DNA from: Candidatus Terrybacteria bacterium RIFCSPHIGHO2_01_FULL_43_35
Lineage (GTDB): Bacteria > Patescibacteriota > Minisyncoccia > Terrybacterales > GWB1-40-14
Assembly: GCA_001822815.1 (NCBI GenBank)
Contig: MHSR01000013.1
Location: 18,808-82,807 of the forward strand
Direction: 5' to 3'
DNA: 64,000 bases
Shown: in pieces, positions 57,103 to 64,000 of the stretch
How positions within the stretch are numbered: the stretch's first letter is position 1
Layout of the letters: every line of letters begins with the position of its first letter
The notes under the pieces: model-generated
Databases searched by the model: none
What the model saw: the letters and a program-made list of their open reading frames with translations, nothing else
Told to the model about the DNA's origin: nothing
Program-made: the position numbers and the translations under genes

Positions 57103-57720
57103 TTAATACCCTCCTTGCCCAGGATCTATGCCGCCTGGCCCTTCATCCTGCCCTCCTCCAGGATCGACTCCAGAAGGCGCGGACGACATTCCGTTGTCGG
57201 TATAGAACCTGCGCAGTAATTCCAAATTCCATTTGGCATCAACATTATTAGGATCTATATCAAGAACTTCTTCATAGAATTGTTCAGCGGCTTCTAGGGC
57301 TTGAGCGTTCTTATACAACATGCCCTGTTCAAGCAAAATTGTAGCTATGGCGAATGCTGAACGGCTAAGAACGTAATCATTACCCTCCTTTTTGGCTTCA
57401 TCATAGGCTGCAGCAAACCCATCCAACGCGTCACCCAACCAAAATGAATATTTATTGAGCGTAAAGTAAAGATGGTATTTACTCAAAGCGTCGTTATAAA
57501 GGGACGTCTCTTTGTTCTGTTGGCTGACAATCGGGGATAGAGATTTCCAAGCAATAGCTTTGGTTTGGCCTGCAGAAAATGCTATCGCGTCGCGCCTAGC
57601 CTGTATTTCATCATGCGACATGGTGAGGCTCCAAAAAATGAGTATGACACCGAGTATAGCCGCCAAAAGTATAGGCGGAACAGCCATCCCTTTCTTGAAT
57701 ACCAGAACTGGTCTGTTCAT
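57103..57720 (-). CDS. TPR-containing membrane protein (BatC/MxaK-like)
   Basis: YEEVLDIDPNNVDAKWNLELL, Gly/Pro tail ending GGY. Confidence 0.8.
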   Translation of the reverse strand: MNRPVLVFKKGMAVPPILLAAILGVILIFWSLTMSHDEIQARRDAIAFSAGQTKAIAWKSLSPIVSQQNKETSLYNDALSKYHLYFTLNKYSFWLGDALDGFAAAYDEAKKEGNDYVLSRSAFAIATILLEQGMLYKNAQALEAAEQFYEEVLDIDPNNVDAKWNLELLRRFYTDNGMSSAPSGVDPGGGQDEGPGGIDPGQGGY

Positions 57721-58685
57721 TTGCTTCTCCTGAAGATCAGCGGTCGGCGGATGTAGATATTAAACGCAATGACAGCAATAGTTACAATCAAAGCAAGCAA
57801 TGCCGCGTATATCTTATCCTGCGTCATGACCGAAGATAAAGATAATTCATCATAGGAGTAAAGCTGTTCTGGTAATGGTCCGATCACCTCTGTGTCATTT
57901 TGATTATTAACCGAAATGAATTTTATGTTATTAATGACCGCAAAGGCTAACACTTTAGCAGAAGACCATCTACCACCTTTTATAGCGATCAATTCTATAG
58001 CAATACCCTTATCGTGGGCTTTCTGCAGAGAATCCAGAAATCTTGTTTCGGAATTATCTTCCATATCGCCTATGAAGACGATACGTTTGGCCTTAGAGTT
58101 AGTATGAACGAGGGTTCTTGTTGCGTATTCAACACCGTTGGCGCCGTCTGTTCCTCCGGTTAGGGGGCCCATAAGTGGGGTTGTAAGAAAACCGTATTTC
58201 AGAAACGGAGCAAAAAGTGCGTGGCTATCTGTGGGTACGGATATTGGTGAGAAGGCATAGGTGGCAAAAAATACCAGACCTATGTTTTCGTTTGGATTCG
58301 CCCCCAGAGTCCGCAATATAGCCTGCTGAGCTAACTGGTATTTATCACCCGTAGTCATGCTTCCGGAAATATCAACAACAATCATGGTGTCGCGACGATC
58401 GCTCGTCTGCGGATTAGAGCTATTAGATGCAGAATATCTAGGGTTGCCGGATGCGGCATAACTTAGCAATGCCGTTACCGCAAAAACCGCAGCAACCATC
58501 ATCAAACGGATGCGCTCGGCTCTTTTAGCATGTGGCCTTAACTCTTCAAGGGTTGCGTATTTCATTCCGGAAAGATTCTTCTTACGCAAGAAAAGTAAAA
58601 TAAGAACCGCGCCGACAAAGAAAAATACTCCTAGCGTCACCTCTAAAGAAGAGAGGACGCGTAAAAGATCGTAATCGTAGATCAT
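57717..58685 (-). CDS. vWA domain membrane protein (BatA/MxaC-like)
   Basis: VDISGSM MIDAS, IGLVFF, GGTD, FIGD. Confidence 0.88.
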   Translation of the reverse strand: MIYDYDLLRVLSSLEVTLGVFFFVGAVLILLFLRKKNLSGMKYATLEELRPHAKRAERIRLMMVAAVFAVTALLSYAASGNPRYSASNSSNPQTSDRRDTMIVVDISGSMTTGDKYQLAQQAILRTLGANPNENIGLVFFATYAFSPISVPTDSHALFAPFLKYGFLTTPLMGPLTGGTDGANGVEYATRTLVHTNSKAKRIVFIGDMEDNSETRFLDSLQKAHDKGIAIELIAIKGGRWSSAKVLAFAVINNIKFISVNNQNDTEVIGPLPEQLYSYDELSLSSVMTQDKIYAALLALIVTIAVIAFNIYIRRPLIFRRSK

Positions 58686-59593
58686 TTAACGTCCTCCTTT
58701 CCATTATCGTGGTTTATGATGCGACAGAACTCATCAAGAATAGCCAAGACATCGCCCTTTTGCGGCAATGTTTCCTGAAAGGCGACTCTTTCGGCTCGCC
58801 ATCTTAGTTTGTTCAAAAGGCTACGTTGCTCATGGTCGTACTCTGCTTTGCGGCTTTCGTCTTCAAGTAAACCGGCGCAAGCCGCGAGGATCTTTCGGTG
58901 ATTAACACCTGGCGCAGAAAGTTTGCTACGCAACAGGTCAAGTTTTCTTAGAAGTTCGTTTTCGTAAACAAGCGGCTCCGCCGTTTGTTTGACGTCGCTG
59001 GTTTGCTCACCGCGCCACATGCGCCTGAGAGCAAAAACTCCCGTGCCAATAAGAAGAAGACCCAACAAAAGTATGCCGGCCCAAAACTCAAGACGAGAGA
59101 GCACTATAGGTTCATTCGGCCTGCGCATAACAACGTCTTCAGTTTTGACTTTGGGATCTATTTGCTGAGAAACAAAGATCGGTTCCTGTTTAACAACTAA
59201 ATCCTTGTCCGCGCCTAATTCCTTATAGGGAACGTGTATGTCGGGCAAAGAATAGCTGTTGCCCGGGAAACACGAAACGCACTGCACGCGCCAATAGATG
59301 GTAATTTCTCCGGGACGAGTCTCTATTCTGGGCTCGCCGCGCGCAAAGAATGGGTCGAATGAAGCAATTACTTTTTGCGGGTCAATGCTGATGGCATTTC
59401 TTGGATAACGCACATTAAGTTTAATTTGCAATTCATCGCCTAGGAAATTACCTCTTGGTGAAGTTTGTACTTGAGCGATTATGGAATCTGGATCTTGATT
59501 TTCCACTATTGGTCCAAAGAAAGCGATCAACCCAACAGTTGCTGTCAGGAGGATCGCCGGGATTGAGATCTTGAATAGGTTTCGCTTTCCCAT
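58682..59593 (-). CDS. membrane protein (MxaA/BatD-like position)
   Basis: Two TMs flanking a beta domain; AAGGAGG SD; ATGA overlap with the next gene. Confidence 0.7.
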   Translation of the reverse strand: MGKRNLFKISIPAILLTATVGLIAFFGPIVENQDPDSIIAQVQTSPRGNFLGDELQIKLNVRYPRNAISIDPQKVIASFDPFFARGEPRIETRPGEITIYWRVQCVSCFPGNSYSLPDIHVPYKELGADKDLVVKQEPIFVSQQIDPKVKTEDVVMRRPNEPIVLSRLEFWAGILLLGLLLIGTGVFALRRMWRGEQTSDVKQTAEPLVYENELLRKLDLLRSKLSAPGVNHRKILAACAGLLEDESRKAEYDHEQRSLLNKLRWRAERVAFQETLPQKGDVLAILDEFCRIINHDNGKEDVK

Positions 59594-59622
59594 TTCATCC
59601 TCCTTTTTTTGTTGTTTGTTAG

Positions 59623-60537
59623 TTATCTGTTACCTTTACGCAAACGGGAGTCTGCCCATTCCAGAAAAACTTCTTCGCAGTATTCTTCATCGCTAGAAAC
59701 GAAGGTCAAGGGATCAACGCCTAAAGATCTAAAGAACGCAACGGCGTCTTGATAGTTATGCTCATGCTGATTGTGCAGACGCCTGGCTTCACTTTTGGTG
59801 ATAAATATTTCTCTCACGACACCGTTAGTTGCATCACGTAAGGGGATGGTAATACTATCTTGCGGAAAGGTCATTTCCCACTGCGGATGACGAATTATTA
59901 CTGGTTGTAGATTAAAACGGTCAATGGCGTCACCCAACAAATCTTCTGATGGTAACACGAAGAAATCCGAGAGGATAAAAACCAAACTACCGCGGGGTAA
60001 ATTGTGCTTAAGAGTAAAAAGTCTTTCTAGACATTCGCTTACATTATCCTCGTCTCCAAGAAAATTTTCGTTGCTAGAGGAGCGTCGTATACGCGCGATG
60101 CCCTCGTCGCCTTCTTCGGGCTTTCGGAAGTGTTCTTCGCCTTTGGCAAAATCGATGTAACCAATGGTCAGATGATTCTTAACGGCTCCATTAATTATGG
60201 CACCTGAAACCACTTTCATAATCTTGTGCTTATAAGATTCCCACTTTTCTGTTTCTGGGTTAAAAACATCACAAGCGCCCATTTTTGGCGAGCGGTCAAA
60301 AACCAAAAATACCGTTGGGTTGCGCTCGGCGTAATTCACTCGCACCATTACTTCTCCATGATGCGCGCTGGCCTTACGAGCTATTTTGCGAGCATCATCA
60401 CCGTGTTGATAAGGCCTGATGCCCTCAAGATCATATCCCTCTCCACGGAAAACGCTTCCCCAGGTACCAAGATGCGAACTGTGCACTCTTTCCAGCGGCG
60501 AAAGATCAACGTAGAAATCAGGAATGATTATTTCCAT
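59623..60537 (-). CDS. DUF58 domain protein
   Basis: GEGYDLEGIRPYQHGDDARKI, LVFDRS, FILSDF. Confidence 0.88.
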   Translation of the reverse strand: MEIIIPDFYVDLSPLERVHSSHLGTWGSVFRGEGYDLEGIRPYQHGDDARKIARKASAHHGEVMVRVNYAERNPTVFLVFDRSPKMGACDVFNPETEKWESYKHKIMKVVSGAIINGAVKNHLTIGYIDFAKGEEHFRKPEEGDEGIARIRRSSSNENFLGDEDNVSECLERLFTLKHNLPRGSLVFILSDFFVLPSEDLLGDAIDRFNLQPVIIRHPQWEMTFPQDSITIPLRDATNGVVREIFITKSEARRLHNQHEHNYQDAVAFFRSLGVDPLTFVSSDEEYCEEVFLEWADSRLRKGNR

Positions 60538-60795
60538 GGCTTAGCTCCTTTGATTTTCAAGGCGCTATCCTTGTAAAGGCAATAGTGATGCCTTTCTGTT
60601 AGGTATCGCTATATAACATTAATCCTTATGTGTCAAGCCAGTTCGAGAATTACGGAAAAAATTAACGGCTAAAGAAGTTTTGTGTCTTTAGCCGATGTAT
60701 ATGTTTATTTGCTTGAAAAATGGCGGCGATCCTCTAATAATATTTCTTGGTTTGTGGTATGACTGTTGATTTTTAAAATAAATCGATTGGAGACG

Positions 60796-60963
60796 TTAAT
60801 CGTGGTGCGCCATGGTTAAATCTTCCTTGTTTTTATTAGCAAATGTCGAGACAAATTCACGGATTTTTTTATCCGTTTCTTCCTGCGATAAGCCGTCCCT
60901 TCTTATCCGTGCTTTTTGGCCGCGTATATATTTTCTTAGGCCTGCTGGTAATCTCTTTTTCAT
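60796..60963 (-). CDS. small basic protein (MKKRLPAGLRKYIRGQKARIRR...)
   Basis: Compact basic helical ORF co-directional with murE. Confidence 0.65.
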   Translation of the reverse strand: MKKRLPAGLRKYIRGQKARIRRDGLSQEETDKKIREFVSTFANKNKEDLTMAHHD

Positions 60964-61029
60964 AGCAGGAGAAGGATAGCTCAAAAAAATACTCTTGGCA
61001 ACTGGGCCATTAAATCATCGAGGGATAAA

Positions 61030-62334
61030 TCATTTATCTGCTTCTCTGAGGGCCTTAACTGCTATTTGCCGGTCATCCCATGAAATTTTTTTGCCTGCGG
61101 CCACAGCCATTAAAGATTCGGAACCCTTACCGGTAATAATTACGGTTTCCCCGCTCCGAGCGATAGAAATAGCTTTTACGATGGCCGCTTTACGATCGAT
61201 CATTATTTCATAATTCTCTTTTTTGAAATTACTCTCCTTTAAGCCGGCTTCGATCTCGGCAATAATTTTAACGGGGTCTTCGTCATAAGGATCTTCGTTA
61301 GTCAAAATAATTTTTTGACAATAACGCACGGCAATCTTACCCATCTCTGGCCTTTTCCATTTATCCCGGCCGCCGCCAGCCGCTCCCAAAACGCATATTA
61401 AAACCGAGTTGGCGCCTAGCGCTTGGTAGACCGATTCAAGCGCTGCAGGCGTATGAGCATAATCAACAAAGACATTAATGCCTTTTTTATTTGGTATTTG
61501 TTCAAGCCTGCCTGGTATTTCTTTTATTTCCTGCAAGATTTTAGCCATGCTGTCCAACGACAAACCCTCGCTTATGCCGGCCGAAATAACAGCCAGCATA
61601 TTTTCGATATTTAAATCACCTCGTAGAGAAGATTGATATTTGGTGGTCGCAATATTAAAATCAATGCCGCTAGCATTTACTTGCTCATTTTGAGAAATAA
61701 CCTCTTGAGCCGCTTGGGGGATAGCCGCTCTTGGTTCTTGATCGTGTTTTCTGTAGACAAAAATTCTGTCGGCTCCAAACGACAAAAAGTATTGGGCTTT
61801 AGGATCAGCTAAATTAATGATTGATGTTTTTATTTTTTTATTGCTTTTAGCTAGCGCTCTAAACAAAACGCCTTTGGCTTCACGATACTTAACATATCCG
61901 CCGTGACGCTCAATGTGCTCTGGAGACAGATTGGTAAAAATTGCTGTATCAAAATCTACAAAGGCGTGGCGGTTTTGTACCAGACCTTCGCTCGTAACTT
62001 CAATTACGACGTGGGTGCAGCCGGCTTTAACTGCTTTGGCTAAAAAACTCTGCAGAAAAGCACGGCCCGGCATAGTCATTTTAAATTCATTCGGCCATAC
62101 TTTATCTCCTATTTGGAATTCTATGGAAGAGGAACTGGCAACTTTATAACCCGCCGCGGTAAGCATTTTAGCTAAAAGATAAACAACCGTAGATTTGCCG
62201 TTCGTGCCGGTCACGCCGATTACCTTCAATTTTCTTGATGGAAATCTAAAAAAAATGGCTCCGCTCATGGCCAGTAAATAATGGTACTTATTAATTACTA
62301 TTTCTGGAATTAACTTTCTTAGTACACCTCTCAT
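61030..62334 (-). CDS. murE: UDP-N-acetylmuramyl-tripeptide synthetase (MurE-like)
   Basis: GVTGTNGKST, IEVTSEG, FTNLSPEH, VDYAHTP, GGRDKWKRP.MG, EDPYDE, TGKG.E. Confidence 0.9.
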   Translation of the reverse strand: MRGVLRKLIPEIVINKYHYLLAMSGAIFFRFPSRKLKVIGVTGTNGKSTVVYLLAKMLTAAGYKVASSSSIEFQIGDKVWPNEFKMTMPGRAFLQSFLAKAVKAGCTHVVIEVTSEGLVQNRHAFVDFDTAIFTNLSPEHIERHGGYVKYREAKGVLFRALAKSNKKIKTSIINLADPKAQYFLSFGADRIFVYRKHDQEPRAAIPQAAQEVISQNEQVNASGIDFNIATTKYQSSLRGDLNIENMLAVISAGISEGLSLDSMAKILQEIKEIPGRLEQIPNKKGINVFVDYAHTPAALESVYQALGANSVLICVLGAAGGGRDKWKRPEMGKIAVRYCQKIILTNEDPYDEDPVKIIAEIEAGLKESNFKKENYEIMIDRKAAIVKAISIARSGETVIITGKGSESLMAVAAGKKISWDDRQIAVKALREADK

Positions 62335-63368
62335 GAACGTAAAATTTTCCTTATGTTCTGATATAAGACATAACCAAAACGAGCAAGCGGCAAATCAAAA
62401 GCGTTTTCGTATTCTTCCTCATACCCACCGAAGCCTTTTTTAAAACGCGTTATACCTTGCCACTTAATATTATCTATCCCCCCCAAATCGTAAAGCAAGA
62501 AACCGTTCTCCTTTGCACTAGATAATATACGCCAATGCAGCAAATACGGAGCCATGACATCCCTGTGGTCCAAAACAGTTCCGCCGTGAATATAAACGGC
62601 TCTTGCGCCAAAATAGATGACAAGAGCCGCAGCCAGTGCGGTATTGTTATATTCGGCAAAATACAGTTCGCCAAAAGCTTTTTGCTTGAGGTGTTTTATG
62701 CCCGAATCAGTGCAAAAATAATCTATTAACTTATCGTAATATCCTTGGGCATAGCCCTTAATACCTTGACGCTTGGCGGTTGAAAATATTAATTTAGAGA
62801 AAATCTTTTTGTCTGAATCGCGAGAGGCGGCTTCTGATCTTCTTATTATAACGCCTCTCTTTAGGGCGATGCGTATATTATATCTTGTTTTTGGATGCAT
62901 TTTTGTCTGCAATTCTTGCTCGCTTAGGCTTAAATCCACAACCAAATTCTTGGCTGGCTGCAACGCCCTACCGATATTAATAAATCCCATACTGCCCAGA
63001 AAAGACATTTGGTTTTTTTGCTGCCCTTTTAAAAAAGACGGCTCCAGACGCAGAAAAGTTGATTTTTGCTGTTTGCCTATATTTACGGCCTGGTCCAAAA
63101 AATCCTTCCACAAATATAAAATATCGCCGGCAAAAATCGGTCCGCGAGGCACATAAATATAATTCTTGCCGAAGGGAAGATTATGTTTTATTAATGAGGC
63201 CCGAAATCCGCTGGGTGGCGAGGAATTACCTCTGTTATCGCATATGGCCCAGGTCTTTCTTCCGCATAATTCTTGAAATTTCGCCCATTCCAGTGATTGC
63301 AAAAAGGAGCCGCCACGGGCGGACACAAAAGCGTTCCAGTCTTTTTTGCATAAATCCTGTTCAGACAT
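62331..63368 (-). CDS. FemABX peptidyltransferase family protein
   Basis: SFLQS.EW, YVPRGP, KTRYNIR.A.K.GV, YDLGG, GITRFKKGFGG. Confidence 0.92.
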   Translation of the reverse strand: MSEQDLCKKDWNAFVSARGGSFLQSLEWAKFQELCGRKTWAICDNRGNSSPPSGFRASLIKHNLPFGKNYIYVPRGPIFAGDILYLWKDFLDQAVNIGKQQKSTFLRLEPSFLKGQQKNQMSFLGSMGFINIGRALQPAKNLVVDLSLSEQELQTKMHPKTRYNIRIALKRGVIIRRSEAASRDSDKKIFSKLIFSTAKRQGIKGYAQGYYDKLIDYFCTDSGIKHLKQKAFGELYFAEYNNTALAAALVIYFGARAVYIHGGTVLDHRDVMAPYLLHWRILSSAKENGFLLYDLGGIDNIKWQGITRFKKGFGGYEEEYENAFDLPLARFGYVLYQNIRKILRS

Positions 63369-63376
63369 AGCCTGTC

Positions 63377-63958
63377 TTATTTTCCGCCTAGAATTTTTAA
63401 TGCCGCCTTGACCTTTTCTTCAAGATTCATATCGGTACCTAGCGGAATGTTTCTTAGGGCATCACGAGATTCTTTTTCCGAATAACCCAGCTTTTTTAAA
63501 ACATCCAGAACATCGGCCGAGATCTGCGGAAACTCTCCCATGACCAAAGCCAAGCCTTCATATTTTTCTTTTAGTTCTATAAGTATTTTTAGGGCTTTCT
63601 TCTTACCGATACCGGCAACTTTGGTCAAAACCTCATCGTCACCTGAGGCAATAGCTCGCTCTATATCTTCGACTGAAGCTTCGCCCAAAATAGCCAAAGC
63701 GCTTTTGGGGCCCACGCCAGGCACTTCAATGAGAAGATCAAAGAAAGCGAGTTCTTTGGCGCTTAAAAACCCATATAGTTCCACTGTCTTATTTTCGCGA
63801 AGAAAGAGGTGGGTAAAAATTTCCGTATCCGAGTTATCGACTGGTAAGCGCAGTAGGGTTTCTTTGGAAAGAAATGTTTTGTAGCCTACGCCTTGTACGT
63901 CTAAAACAATATATTTGTCTGTTTTTAAAATAATTTTGCCGTTTAACCAAGAAATCAT
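63377..63958 (-). CDS. ruvA: Holliday junction branch migration protein
   Basis: MISWLNG, DVQGVGY, LYGF, VPGVGPKSAL, GIGKKKA..I.IELK, LGYS..E. Confidence 0.96.
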   Translation of the reverse strand: MISWLNGKIILKTDKYIVLDVQGVGYKTFLSKETLLRLPVDNSDTEIFTHLFLRENKTVELYGFLSAKELAFFDLLIEVPGVGPKSALAILGEASVEDIERAIASGDDEVLTKVAGIGKKKALKILIELKEKYEGLALVMGEFPQISADVLDVLKKLGYSEKESRDALRNIPLGTDMNLEEKVKAALKILGGK

Positions 63959-64000
63959 AAATTAGAAATTAGACATTAGAAATTAGTCATTATAAGTATA

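Noticed and set aside
63200-63235. possible repeat-derived peptide (NSSPPSGFR) in the FemABX protein
   Set aside because: Only weak similarity to the TCCGCC..GGCGGA hairpin at 54235; not enough to call.

Overview
Chromosomal window of an AT-rich bacterium whose gene set and style point to Patescibacteria/CPR, probably Parcubacteria (inference). Housekeeping genes: topA 3' end, rel, parAB, HU, rny, glmS, leuS, tatD, metG, rsmI, glyQS, recO, ileS, argS, smpB-tmRNA-infC-rpmI-rplT, polX, murE, femABX-like and ruvA, plus tRNA-Leu(CAA) and tRNA-Arg(CCG). No integrase, transposase, prophage or CRISPR was seen. The unusual content is mostly non-coding. (1) A ~1.8-kb predicted transcript (33.2->31.4 kb) carries two diverged copies of an unrecognised ~215-nt structured RNA with a predicted H-type pseudoknot, flanking two small ORFs; a second ORF-less transcript runs divergently, next to a TrmB-type regulator. 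(2) One repeat family forms the 5' leader of four unrelated genes and ends at the start codon (CAACAACTAGC-ATG). (3) Both tRNA genes sit between related inverted-repeat arms and are followed by a different 3' tRNA half that begins exactly at the same anticodon. (4) A ~400-nt ORF-poor RNA has its own promoter and terminator at 47.6-48.0 kb. (5) Several nested palindromic mini-elements occur, one of them in frame inside ArgRS. Notable proteins are an IleRS2 with a GIHH motif and an inserted histidine-phosphatase domain, and a DUF58/vWA/TPR operon without MoxR. All calls were made by eye; no database search was run.
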